A stretch of 63,645 nt of DNA, the filler included, from Chiloscyllium plagiosum (Eukaryota): the NCBI RefSeq assembly GCF_004010195.1. It is 4 parts of one record of this genome, joined end to end, with 100 filler letters (N's around TTAATTAATTAA, not from the genome) between each part and the next. Parts side by side here need not be neighbours in the genome. Positions count along the whole stretch, not along the records: positions 28,694 to 53,432 come from NC_057714.1; positions 53,533 to 62,029 come from NC_057714.1; positions 62,130 to 63,645 come from NC_057714.1; 1 more part is not named here. One strand, written 5' to 3'. The notes below the pieces were generated by a model that was not told the origin of the DNA, did not search any database, and saw nothing but the letters and a program-made list of their open reading frames with translations. Position 1 is the first letter of the stretch. The number at the start of each line of letters is the position of its first letter. The position numbers and the translations under genes are program-made. Shown piece after piece: positions 51,100 through 63,364 of this stretch.

Positions 51100-51830
51100 T
51101 AACATTCCTTCCTGCATCCCAGCCAAGTTCATTTAAACCCTCTCCAATATCAGTAGCAAAACAGCTCACAAGGAGCCCGTCCCAGCTTTGTTTAAATGCA
51201 ACCTGTCCAGCCTGCATAGGACACACCTCCCCAGAACCAGTTCTAATCTCCAAAGAATCTTAAACCCTCCCTCCTGCACTATCCTACCAGCCATACATGC
51301 ATCTATCTTTATGCTCCGATTTCTGTACTCCCAGGCATGTGACACTGGGAGCAAACTAGAGATTACCAATTTTGAGGTGCTATTTGCCCATTTCAGAGTT
51401 AGTCCCTTAAATTCTGACTGTAGGGGGAAATCTGCCTATGTTGCTTCCACCAACTTGGATCACGACTGCTGATTGCTCCCACTGTTCCCTCAGGGTGCTC
51501 TGCAGCCATACAGTGATATCCCTGACCCTTGACTCCAGGAGGACGACAGTGTGTCTGTGGCCACACAGAGATACCTCGATGTGCCCTTAACTATCAAATT
51601 GCTCATCAATATTGTTTTTCCAAATTTTTTCCAGCCCCCCTGCACAGTTCAGCCATTTGTGGTGTCAGACTCAAGACTCTCCAAAACAGGTTATCCACAA
51701 AGCTTTCAACCTGTCAAATACACCACAGTGACACCAAATGCTGCTCACATTTTGGAACTCTGGGCTCAAGCTGCTGCAAAGGACAACACTTCCTGCACAA
51801 AATGGTTATCCAGGACACTGGAAGTGTTTG
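51100..51830 (-). mobile_element. CR1 ORF1 (SGNH esterase) remnant
   Basis: VISSLLPVSHAWEYRNR..LDRLHLNKAGT. Confidence 0.75.
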
Positions 51831-52736
51831 AACAGAAGAAAAAAAGTGTCCTGGATAACCACTTGTTCAGAAAATGGCAAGGACATGCCATTCTCACAGT
51901 ACATGCACTCAAAGGCTGCACAGCCCTGCTATTTCTCTTATCCACTAGCAAATAGTATTACCAATACTTTACAAACCTTACTTGTAGTCATAAATATTAC
52001 TTTAAAATAAAAGATAGACAAGATTTATGGCTACTCACTTCATAATTGCATATGACAATTCTGCAATATCTTTAACTTCTTTAAAAAGTCTGCTCAGTTA
52101 TTTAGATCTAGTCACTAGATACCAAATCAGTCAAACTTTCCCTGCGAGGTCACAGTCCAAATTTTATTTTCAGGTTTGGAAGTGGTAGGCTTACTTCAAT
52201 TTGTTAGTATTTGTGATACACAGTGAACAATGGTTGATCTGGGTCATTACTTTCCCAGAAGATGGCTTTAATGCACCTTATTTTGACATCAAGCTTGAAA
52301 CTACAGAAAGTGAAGGAAGTTCCATTAGGAATGATTACTGGCTTTTTGTCAACATTGCAAGGACTGTAACCAGACCAGAAGCAGTAATGCTCACTCAAAT
52401 ATTGCAATAGTACATTCCTCACTACATGGGAAACATTAAAAGAACATTTCGTGCTGCCCACAATCTGCCAACACACTCATACAAAATTAACTTTGAGGTA
52501 TTTGATTTACCAGATTAATACTTCCTGAACGCAGACTAGCATTTCATGCATTCATTTCAATATTAATTTGAACAAGAAACAATTGTTTGTAGTATGTAGG
52601 TTTTGTTAGTATATTAGGTTAGTTATGAATGTGTGTGTGTTGGGACATCACCTTTTTATGCTTCCTTATAAACTGATTCAACTGCTAAGAAGTTGTAAAT
52701 TGCAAAAAATTTCAGAAGGCACAGATTTCTATGAAT

Positions 52737-53207
52737 TGATTGATTGATTTAGTTGTCACATGACCAAGATACAGTGAAAAGTCTTGTTTCCTGTGTTACA
52801 CAGGCAGATCATTACATACAGAGTGCACCAGGACAGAATTCAGAATATAGTGTTACAGTTGCAGAGAAGATGCAGAGCTCAGAATTAACATTTGAGAGGT
52901 CTGTTCAAAACAATCTGCTAACAGCAGGGAAGAAACTGTCCTTCAATCTATTTATATGCGCATTCAAACTTTTATATCTTCTGCCTGATGGACGAACACA
53001 TACCCAGGGTGGAAGGGGTCTTTGATTATGTTGGTTGCTTTCTGAAGGTAGCAGGAAGTATAGATGGAGTTAATGGATCGAAGGCTGGTTTCTGTGATGG
53101 ACTGGGCTGTTTTCACAATTCTCCACAGTTTCTTGCAGTCTTGGGAAGAGCAGTTGCCAAACCACACTGCGATGAATCCAGATACAGATGCACAATAGAA
53201 AGCATGC
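52737..53207 (-). mobile_element. Rex/Babar-type LINE 3' end
   Basis: SGFIAVWFGNCSSQDCKKLWRIVKTAQSIT..SINSIYTSCYLQKATNIIKDPFHPG; (AATC)n tail. Confidence 0.85.
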
Positions 53208-53432
53208 GAAACACAGAGGATGGTAGAGAGAGCCAACACAGACAACAAGCAAATGGCCTCTTTTGGTGCTGTAGCAATTGTGGTTAAGAATGATGATTGG
53301 CATGCGTTCCGAATGTAGTTTATACATATTTACATTAAGGAAGTATGAAAAGAATCAATTTTTAATGCAATTGTTGGGCCGAAGGGGCTATTTCCACACT
53401 GTAGGTAATCTAATCTAATATGTCGCCGAGGG

Positions 53433-53532
53433 NNNNNNNNNNNNNNNNNNNNNNNNNNNNNNNNNNNNNNNNNNNNTTAATTAATTAANNNNNNNNNNNN
53501 NNNNNNNNNNNNNNNNNNNNNNNNNNNNNNNN
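53433..53532. other. Assembly gap with artificial linker
   Basis: 44 N + TTAATTAATTAA + 44 N. Confidence 0.97.
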
Positions 53533-54290
53533 GTTCCCTGAGTAGACTGTCAAAGCCATTTGGCAGAATGCCTCATCGCCAGAACTTTCCACAAGCACCA
53601 AGACATGGCTTGGCTGGTGGTGAGAAGGGCTCTGCCTGTGAGATCCTTTATGCACGCCCGGACTCTCAGCCGCACCGCATGCTGCCCTCGAAGCGGCTGC
53701 GGGGGGGGAAACGAGACTGTCACATGCCTCCTTCTGGAATGTGCCTATGCAGAGGAAGTCTGGAGAGGAATGCAGTGGTGTTTGTCGGGGTTCGTCCCGA
53801 GCAGCGCCATGACGCGGGATTCTGTGCTCTACGGTCTGTTCCCCGGGACGCACACCGAGACGAACATCAACTGTGCCTGGAGGATCATCAACTCGGTGAA
53901 GGATGCTCTCTGGGTGGTCCAAAACCTGCTGATCTTCCAGCTGAAGGAGTTGACCCCAACAGAGTGCTGCAGACTGGCACATTCCAAGGTCCAGGACTAT
54001 GTGTTGGGGGATGTGCTGAAGCTTGGGGCAGCTGCCGCCAAGGCGCGGTTGGGAAAGACCACTGTGTAAAGTCTGCCTGCCTAACGAAGAACAGGGGGCC
54101 CATGCAGTCATTTGGGCTCTGCTGACGCCTCAGCTAATTATATGGGCATATGATTGAAAAATGTACAGACCTGTATAAAAATGATAAATTCTGATCTCTG
54201 TATGTACATGTTTACATATGTATGGCATGACCAACTGTACAGACCACCAAATTATTTTATGAATAAAGTATATTTTTGAAATTAAAAAAA
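53533..54290 (+). mobile_element. Tx1-type (L1 clade) LINE 3' end
   Basis: KHQDMAWLVVRRALPVR..CPRSGCGGGNETVTCLLLECAYAEEVW zinc-binding C-terminus; stop at 54069; AATAAA and short A tail. Confidence 0.88.
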
Positions 54291-54309
54291 TCACAATTTC
54301 AGCATTTTA

Positions 54310-55040
54310 TAGGGAAGGCAAATGGAATGTTGGCCTTTATTTCAAAAGCTGAAAATGTGTTGCTGGAAAAGCGCAGCAGGTCAGGCAGCATCCAAGGAAC
54401 AGGAGAATCGACGTTTCGGCATAAGCCCTTCTTCAGGCATAAGCCCTGACCTGCTGTGCTTTTCCAGCAACACATTTTCAGCTCTGATCTCCAGCAGCTG
54501 CAACCCTCACTTTCTCCTTTATTTCAAAAGGACTGGAGTTCAAAAATGGAGAAGTATTGCTCAAACGATATAAGGCACTAGACTGCACATGGAATAGTGT
54601 GAAGAGTTTGGTCCTTTTATCTAACGAAAGATATACTGGCACTGGAAACAGACCAAAGAAGGTTCACTGGTCCCAGATATGGAGAGACTGTTCTTATTAG
54701 GAGAAGTTGAGCAGTTTGGACATATACTCATTGGAATTTAGAAGAATGAGATTAGAGGCAAAAAGGTTGATTCCTTATTGAGAAAGACCAGGACTAAAGG
54801 GCATAATCTCAGAATAAGAGATCACTGATTTATGACAGAGATGAGGAAGATTTGTTTTCCCACAGACAGTAGTGAACCTGTAGAATCCTTTGGATTTTGA
54901 AGTATATTCAAACCTGAGATAGAGAATTTTTTAATCAGGAAGAGAATCAAAGATTATAAGGATTAGGCAGTGAAGTGCAGTTGAGAATTATCAGATCAAC
55001 CATGAGCTCATTGAATGGCGGAGCTCCCATGTCTTATGGT
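54310..55040 (+). mobile_element. CR1 3' fragment hosting a fold-back insertion
   Basis: KANGMLAFISKG.. CR1 motif split at 54348 and resuming after 54530. Confidence 0.8.
54349..54515. mobile_element. Fold-back Penelope-end mini-element with hammerhead (minus, 54406-54437)
   Basis: Arms CTGAAAATGTGTTGCTGGAAAAGCGCAGCAGGTCAGG / CCTGACCTGCTGTGCTTTTCCAGCAACACATTTTCAG; 15-bp TSD CCTTTATTTCAAAAG at 54334-54348 and 54516-54530. Confidence 0.88.
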
Positions 55041-55552
55041 CTAACCTCATCCTTTTGTGAATATGATGATTGATCTAAACTGTTATTTGTTTATCTTTAA
55101 TTGATAAGTAATTGTAAAAATAACAAGCAAAACATGCTTCCTACCTACACAAATATGAATTCCATTCAGAAAGCAGGTAATTTTACTTAGTCGTGAAAAA
55201 AGTGACAACGGGGTTCATTAATCGCAACTTTGTACATTGATGAGTTCTGAACCACACCTCTCATATCACTGACGTGCACACTTTGTTGGCAGTTGTTTTT
55301 AAGAAGTGCTGTAGCTCCAAAGATTATATGTTGTATTGAAAAAAAGCTTTTTTGTTAGTTTCTGAGGCTCTGTGCATACAAACAGGCATTGTAGAGTGAA
55401 GAGGAGTGACTTTGCATTGAAATTAATTTTTATAAAAAGAACTGCCTTTGAACTTACATCGTGTACATTGGAGTTCTTGACAATTTCTATTCTAGGATTT
55501 TCTGTAAATCGAAATTGCTTATGTGAGATTTCCTTTCCCTTTTTTCTTTCAG

Positions 55553-55710
55553 GTACCGTTTTGCTTACATGACATAGTGCTCAATGCAGCCGTTAATAAA
55601 AGGGTGAGGCTCTAAGCTTCTGTTTGTGTGGACACTACCACGTGTACGCTATTCTGTGTTCTATTGCATGAGACGTAACTAATGAATCATGAGTTCTCCA
55701 ATACGTCCAG
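55553..55710 (+). other. Candidate spliced exon (5' UTR with uORFs and probable start codon) of an unidentified host gene
   Basis: Long polypyrimidine tract TTTCCTTTCCCTTTTTTCTTTCAG| acceptor and CAG|GTGAGT donor; lies in a ~1.6-kb repeat-free island; ATG 55689 (MSSPIRP..) and ATG 55682 (MNHEFSNTS..) are open to the donor. Confidence 0.7.
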
Positions 55711-56714
55711 GTGAGTAGTGTAAAGTTTATATTTCTCTTGTTTTGCTGTACTGAAATGGATTTTAAATCTGCTGATGTGTTCTAAGTAATTTAATTGATG
55801 GTTTTCTTATTGAAGCTTTACTTTGACAGCAATTTGACTTGATTTGCTTGGTTGGGAGCTGGCAGACGTATGTGAAAATGTGGTTAGAAGCTTGACAATA
55901 ATCCATGGTGTCATATTCACTATTTGGAGTAAACAAAAGTGAGCTTTCAATGATAGAAAAGTTGTTGTATGATAAATAATGATTATAAAGCCATGTTTAA
56001 TTGAGTTTTACAGCAGTTTAGTTAAGATGGACAAATTGTTGCTTAGAAAATAGATTTGTATGAATCGTACATTAATGCAAGTGTTAAGTATTGCTCAGTC
56101 AATACAACTTAATTACCGTTTGTTTATGCATCAGTGGATACACAGGGCATTTCCTTCTTTTACACCGAGATGTATGTCTAGTATTATTTCTCTGATGACA
56201 AGTAATTATTTATTTCATTCATAGAATTCCACGAAATAGTGTCTTTAATGCAAGTCAATTTTAAAAAGGTGTGCAGAACAAGCCTCAATGTAAAAGTGTA
56301 GAAAACAGTTTTGAAATTGAGCATGTTCATTATGTTTGTCAATATATTTTCAGTAGAAATTCTGGTGTTGTAGCAGCAACTTTTTGTATTTGTATCATCT
56401 TTCAAGTTTTAAACTTTAATATAGAAATGGAATATATGCAGCAAATAACCATGTAAAGGGATGATTAAATGTTTGACTATTACTAATTAATTGTACATCG
56501 TTACCATATTTTTTATCTTTCTCTTTATAAGAGCTTATGGACTTAGTAATTGATCTTGATAAACATTCAGTCCAGTAAATGCTTAAATATGTTCAAAACA
56601 GTGTCACTAATTTACAAACATTCAGTTGAGAAATTACCTCTGTACTGATTTTGGGACTTCAATCAGAGAACAGCTATACAAAACATTGCAGTATGTTAAA
56701 TGCTTTGCCTCCCA

Positions 56715-56995
56715 TTAATTCTGGACTAGGGGGCCCATTTTTAAGGTTAGAGGAGATTTTAAAAAGACGTGGTGACAAATCTTTTACACAGAGGGTGGTT
56801 TGCATGTGGAATGAACTTCCTGAGGATACAGGCACAATTACAATGTTTAAAATACATTTGGATAAGCACATGAATGGGAAAGATTTGGAGGGATATGGTC
56901 GAGGAGCAGGCAGGTGGAACTAGTTTAGTTTGGGATCATGTTCAGCATGGACTGGTTGGACAGAAAGATCTATTTCTGTGCTGTATGACTCTATA
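56715..56995 (+). mobile_element. CR1 3' end
   Basis: FTQRVVCMWNELPE; CTGTATGACTCTAT tail. Confidence 0.85.
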
Positions 56996-57184
56996 CGAGT
57001 TAAGAAGATGGTGTGATCTGTAAAAAGGAATGTTATCCTGTTCGTTCCAATTAATATCTGTGATCTTATGGTAGCTTCTGAGCAATGTAAAGATCCTGAA
57101 TTCACATCACTTTGTAGAAAGTTTTGAAACTGAACAGAAAACAAAATCTGGTAGTTTCTGCCTCACACACACGAGCTGTTTATT

Positions 57185-57360
57185 AAATAAAAACCGGAAG
57201 AACTGCGGATGCTGTAAATCAGAAACAACAACAAAAATTGCTGGAACCAAAAGCTCTGTTTTGGTTGTCGTGACCTTTCCTCAGTTCTGAACATTAACTC
57301 TGATTTCTCTCCATAGTTGCTGCCAGACCTGCTCAGCTTTTCCAGCAATTTCTGTTTTGG
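57185..57360. mobile_element. Fold-back Penelope-derived mini-element, degenerate
   Basis: Same arms as 7702-7911. Confidence 0.7.
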
Positions 57361-58054
57361 ATACACATAAGCTGTTGGATTGTTTTCAAATCTACCTGTT
57401 CATGAACGGTATTTTGAGAAGAGAATTAGTTACTCATATCTAGTATGGCCTAAGTGCGACTTCTAATGTTCTCAGTGCAACTCTGCATTGACAACAAATA
57501 TTGGTTTTGTCAGTGTTGCTTTTTTGTCTTTCAAGTATTATAACTCTTCTTACAATGGCAGTTGTATCAGAGTGATGCCCGAGTGTGAAGGAAAACAATT
57601 GCTTCACGCTTAGAAATTACTTCAGCTATTCTAGAGCTGTGTCCTTGATGTAAGTGAGCAGCAAAATGACACAGACCCTCTAAAATTACAGAACTGTTAC
57701 ATGAGGTGGTTCATTTGACTCAAAATCTTGTTGCCCTCTGTACAACAGACAATGGCTGCAAAACGTAGTGACCTTGTAAATAGAGATTATGATGATTATA
57801 ATTAACCAATGTCCATTGCTTACAATGTAACAGCATGTAACAGCATGTAAACGTTGTGCTGTCTGATCATTTGAATGATGAGAAGGTGTCGATTGCATAA
57901 AAGGTGCTGTTGAGAAGCAGCCTGCTTGTTCAGGGCACATCATCAGAGGCTCCCATAATTTAAAGCTAACCTGCATCTCTTAATGTGGAGATTCATTTTG
58001 ACTGGAGCAGGTGCTGGAGGTCATTCTAGAAGTTGACCTGCAAAGACACAAGCA

Positions 58055-58215
58055 TGGAAAAAGGGAAAAGAAAGCAGTTCTCCAAACTGATGCTGAACTG
58101 AGATGTTGTCATCGACCCAGACAGAAATTGTGAAAGCAGTGGGATCTGATAATTATGATAGTCAATGCTGCGAGTCTGGCCTGGACAATCTAAATGCAGT
58201 GTCCTCGCCAGAGCG
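58055..58215 (+). pseudogene. Possible Harbinger Myb/SANT-like ORF remnant
   Basis: MEKGKRKQFSK..; IVNAASLAWTI*MQC weakly resembles VNA.S..RT..QC of the Harbinger DNA-binding protein. Confidence 0.3.
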
Positions 58216-59159
58216 GAGAACAGAAATAGCCCCTTAATCTGTCGAGGGTTGATGGCTTCTCCCTTTTCCTGTTCACAGCTCCAAGCTGTTCAGCTATCTG
58301 GGAGCGAATCACATGGTTGTTGCCAGGTAGGAGGCCTTTTGTCATCATTAACTGGTAGTAGTCCACAGACCATTCAACTACTTTTTATCAGCCAAATCTC
58401 CATATGTACACAGTTCTTGGCTCCAGCTCATCTTCAAATTGCAATTGAAATGTTTCTAATGGGATTTTGTCCTTTCTTATATAAGGAGATGAAAACAGTA
58501 CGAATACTCTTGATGTGGTCTCTCTGATGACCTAAGCCACTATAATAAAACATATCTATTTTAAAATTCTACTTCACACAAAATAAACAACAATATTCCA
58601 TTGCTTTCCAAATCACTTGCTGCACTTAAATGCTAACCTTTTGTCATTCATGTACCAATATACTCAGATCTCTCAGTGCTACAGAGTTCTGTAATCCTTT
58701 CCTATTTAAACAATATGCAGCTTTTCTGTTCTCCTCCCAAAGTGGATAAATTCATATTTTCACACTTATACCCCATCGTTCAAACTATGGCCCACTCATT
58801 TAATCTCTCTATGTCTGTAGCAGATTCTATACCTCTCAGGACAAGTTATTTTCCTGTGCGCCTTGTTGTCATCAGCAAATGTAGCAACCATAAATTCAGT
58901 TGCATTGCCTTTGATCTTAATATTATTCTGCTAAAAGCAGCAAGAATGGTATTTGCTGTTTTGGGAATAACAACAAAACAAGTGGCTTTTCTTGGAAAAA
59001 CATATGCCTAATTCTAGGGGTCACATAAGCCAAACATTGCGTGTTACTCATCGACACAGTTTCCTTTCACTTGCAGCTGCATGTCCCAAGCTTGATATAT
59101 GCAAGAACTGTGTACTGCTCACTCCTACCATTATTATCATTGATAGATGCGCCTATTAC

Positions 59160-59612
59160 AGAGGAGTTGGTGAGGATTTTGCTGGGATTAGAGGGTTTGC
59201 ATTATAGGGAAGGTTATATAGGCTGGGGCTTTTTCACCTGGAGTGTCAGAGATTGAAGGGTGACCTTAAAGAGGTATATAAAATCCTGAGGGGCATTGAT
59301 AAGGCAAATAGCCTTTTTCCCAGGGTTGGTGAGTCCACAACCAGAGGACAGGTTTAAGGTGAGAGGAGAAAGATTTAAAAATGACATGAAGGGTAACTTT
59401 TTTATGCAGAGGATGGTGCATGCCAGAGGAACTGGTTGAGGCAGGTTACAATATTTAAAAGATATCTGGATGGGTATATGAATAGGAAGGATTTAGAGAG
59501 ATAGGGCCAGATGCTGGCAAATGGGGCTAGGTCAGATTGGGACGTCTGATTGGCGCAGATGAGTTGGACCAAAGGGTCTATTTCCATGCTGTATGACTCT
59601 ATGATTCTATGA
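59160..59612 (+). mobile_element. CR1 3' end
   Basis: LKGDLKEVYKILRGIDK; (CTATGA[C/T]T)n tail. Confidence 0.88.
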
Positions 59613-61069
59613 CAAGATCAAGTAGATTGTTTTTCTTGGGTTGGTTGTCTCACCACCTGTTGAAGGGCCAGTCTGGCAGCTATAGATTTATAGTTAATGC
59701 TCCCATTAGTTGACAGTGGTGCAGGGTCTTTCCTGTTGCTAAATGTGTGTTCTGCTGTGCGGGGTAAGAGAGAGAGTATTGGTTGAGCATTGAGATTCAA
59801 AGTGACACCATGGACAACAAATCAGTTTTGCCTTCCAACTGATCGGTCTACTCCATATTCTTTGGATGAGATGCCTACCGTGTTTGCTGACTCCTGCACC
59901 AATACTGGTGATTCAGGCCACAAGTAAACATGTGTTTTTGATGCCATTCTGCTGATCCATGGGTCATACTTGTAGCCTCCAGTAAATGTGGTAAAAGTTC
60001 AGTTTCTCCCTCTTCTTCCCTTTTAATTGTGGACCAATCTGCTGTACTTTCTTTGTACATTTTTCCATTGCTCATGTCAAATTGCTGTTTGTCTCAAAAA
60101 TACATTGAAATAGTCCTGGATTATTTATGAGACAGCAGAAGGGTAAACATTATATGCTATTTCGTAAATTATTTCATTTTGTCCACTGATTTGTGTGTCA
60201 GACTAATACTGTAATTGTAAAACTCTGCATGCATTAAGGTGGCCTTGGAGACAGTGAGTTGATTAAATCAGACATTAAAGGAAAAGGTTCTTTCTTTATT
60301 CCAGAAGGAACACACCTCCTACATGATTTTCTGTAGTCATTATTATTCAGGAAGAACCGTTTTACATTTATTTTAGGTAACACATTTTGTTCTGCTTTCT
60401 TTTCTGTTCAGAAGCCTGCATTTATTTTTAGAACATTGCACTTTGTTCTGATTCTTCTTGACACTGGAGATTTCCGAACTGATTCCCAGTGTTGACTCTT
60501 TGTTCTGTTCTATTATGTTGTTTCTATTCGGACTTAGCATTTGTTAAGCCAAGTTCTTCATCAAGAATTAATGACCGATTGTCAGGCAACTCTATACTAA
60601 TGCTTTACTCAGCCATGCATTTATATGGTAATAATAAGTAATGCAGTATTTTCTGTTCTGAGGTAGAGGCTGATTTAAGTAAAAGGTGCAGTGTATTTAT
60701 TTAACGAGCTTGACTTATTTGAGCATTAGAGATGCTGGGATGTTTGCGTGACTGCTGTTACTTGATAGAAGAAAGCTCCTTTCAGCTTTAATTGCGGTGT
60801 AATTGGATAGAACTTAACCAGGGTAGTGCACGCTGTGTGAAGACAGTAACCCCTGGAGACTTGAGGTAGATTCAGCAATGTACCTCCTTTAAATTAGATC
60901 AGATACCTGCTGTGCTGCTTGCATCCACACAGCAAAGCTGGGTTTAAATTCTGTTTCACTGCGTCCTTGTGGAACAACTTGCAGCGAAGTCTGGAAGAGA
61001 GTATGGGTAGACAAAAGGAGGTACCTGAGAAGTAAAGGCAATCAAAAGAGAACAGGACAATTGAAAGGG

Positions 61070-61930
61070 GGAGGATCATTCTTTTTCCTCCAAAAATATA
61101 TTTTTGTAAGATTTGTGAAAATACAATTCAAAACATTTCTTTTATACTGCAATATTGGCAATAAAATTCAACTTTTCTGCATACAGTATGGTGCACGCAA
61201 AACAATTGAAATAGTCTTAATATTTACAATGAACATTCCACGTCAGGACCCATGTCACTTCAGGAGTACAGCTTTCAAATTGGCAATTACAGAAAGTGCA
61301 ATAGATTATTTTACTAAACATCACGTTCCAAGGTTCACTTACTCCTAAGTTTCATCAAGTATGTTCTGTGTGAGGCACACAGCCGAAGGGCATTTACAGA
61401 TTCCAGTCCTTTGTATACCATGACGAAGGGTCTTATGTAGCTACCTTTGTAAATTGTGCCACTGCATTGACTGCCCAAAGCTTTAGAGTGTCCCTTGTTA
61501 CATAGTCCTGCATCAGAATTCAGTTTAGGAGAACTCTTGACACCAGAAAGCCAGCAAATCTGGGGGAGAGCTGATCTTTGTCTCAGTGTGCATCCCTGGG
61601 AACAGTCAACACTGCATAAAGTCCTGTGCATACAGAGCATAAAGAGCTGATTGGGATGAATTTCAGGAAGTACCACTGCATCCCTCTCCAGGTCTGCTTT
61701 TGCAATGGCACAATGCTCAAGAAAGTGGTCAACATCTTTTCTCCAGCACAACCACTGAGGACAATGTGTAGAATGGGCAACACCCCAGACCAGTAGTAAG
61801 AATGTAATCTGAAGGGTTTCTCACCACCAGTCAAACCATTGGGTGCTTTTTTGTAAGGTCTAGAGATGAGAGTTTTTGCCAAATGACTTTGACAGTCTAC
61901 TCGGGGAACCATCTGTCAGGATCTACCATC
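61070..61930 (-). mobile_element. Tx1-type LINE 3' end, degenerate
   Basis: VPRVDCQSHLAK and DVDHFLEHCAIAKADLERDAVV parallel the antisense of 53533-54069. Confidence 0.75.
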
Positions 61931-62029
61931 TCCTTTTCCTGCAGGGCCTTGAGAACCTTATATCTCGAAACAGAGAAAATCAAAGCTGGAATAGGTCTTT
62001 CAGCACTTTGAACCTGCTCTATCATTCAA

Positions 62030-62129
62030 NNNNNNNNNNNNNNNNNNNNNNNNNNNNNNNNNNNNNNNNNNNNTTAATTAATTAANNNNNNNNNNNNNNN
62101 NNNNNNNNNNNNNNNNNNNNNNNNNNNNN
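62030..62129. other. Assembly gap with artificial linker
   Basis: 44 N + TTAATTAATTAA + 44 N. Confidence 0.97.
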
Positions 62130-62232
62130 CCTTCCTTCATTTCTCTCTTCCTTTCTCTTTTCCTTCATTCCTTTATCTCTTGCTTCCTTTCTCTCTTCCT
62201 TTCTCTCTTTCTTTCTCCCTTTCTCTATCCTT
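62130..62232. repeat. CT-rich low-complexity tract
   Basis: Degenerate (CTTCCTTTCTCT)n. Confidence 0.85.
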
Positions 62233-62539
62233 TGGTACCTCATTAAATTTATGTACTCAAATTTATTTTTCTATCTTAGTTATTGAACTGTTTGGTTGAC
62301 AATCCTTCAATCTGATCTTTGGCTATAGAGGTGCTCTGCACTTGCCCCAGTGCTTAACTTACCTCAGTTTTCACTTCACACTTTCTGCAATTTGCTAAGC
62401 AAAATTATTTAAAATCTAAACACAGAAGGGCATTCCAACTAACAGAAGTGCCATCAGATGTTCTCCCACAATAATTTATATCAAAATAGATTCAAACTAC
62501 TTATTGCTGCATTATTTCTCTGCCTCTGGGATGCAGAGG

Positions 62540-62864
62540 CATGGAGGTAATGTCTCTAGACTACCAATCCAGAACATGAGGCTAATATTTTGAGGACATG
62601 GTTTAGAATCCTTGCATGACAGATGGTGAAATTTAAATTCAATACAAAATCTGGAAATAAAACATGGTGACTATGTAACAACTGTCGATTATCGTAAAAG
62701 CCCATCTGATTCACAAATGTCCTTTAGGGAAGGAATCTGTCATCTTTATATGGTCTGGCCTATAGGAGATTCCAGACCCACAGCAATGTGGTTATCTCTT
62801 AACTGCTCTCTGAAATGGCCACTCAGATCAAGGAGCAATTAGGGATCAGGGCAATATGCACTGG
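62540..62864 (+). mobile_element. Second-family SINE
   Basis: GTCCTTTAGGGAAGGAATCTG..AGACCCACAGCAATGTGG..GCAATTAGGGAT. Confidence 0.85.
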
Positions 62865-63364
62865 NNNNNNNNNNNNNNNNNNNNNNNNNNNNNNNNNNNN
62901 NNNNNNNNNNNNNNNNNNNNNNNNNNNNNNNNNNNNNNNNNNNNNNNNNNNNNNNNNNNNNNNNNNNNNNNNNNNNNNNNNNNNNNNNNNNNNNNNNNNN
63001 NNNNNNNNNNNNNNNNNNNNNNNNNNNNNNNNNNNNNNNNNNNNNNNNNNNNNNNNNNNNNNNNNNNNNNNNNNNNNNNNNNNNNNNNNNNNNNNNNNNN
63101 NNNNNNNNNNNNNNNNNNNNNNNNNNNNNNNNNNNNNNNNNNNNNNNNNNNNNNNNNNNNNNNNNNNNNNNNNNNNNNNNNNNNNNNNNNNNNNNNNNNN
63201 NNNNNNNNNNNNNNNNNNNNNNNNNNNNNNNNNNNNNNNNNNNNNNNNNNNNNNNNNNNNNNNNNNNNNNNNNNNNNNNNNNNNNNNNNNNNNNNNNNNN
63301 NNNNNNNNNNNNNNNNNNNNNNNNNNNNNNNNNNNNNNNNNNNNNNNNNNNNNNNNNNNNNNNN
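62865..63364. other. Assembly gap
   Basis: 500 N. Confidence 0.99.

Noticed and set aside
52201..52410. 69-aa protein-like ORF (..FPEDGFNAPYFDIKLE..)
   Set aside because: No recognisable homology, non-ATG start and no convincing exon boundaries
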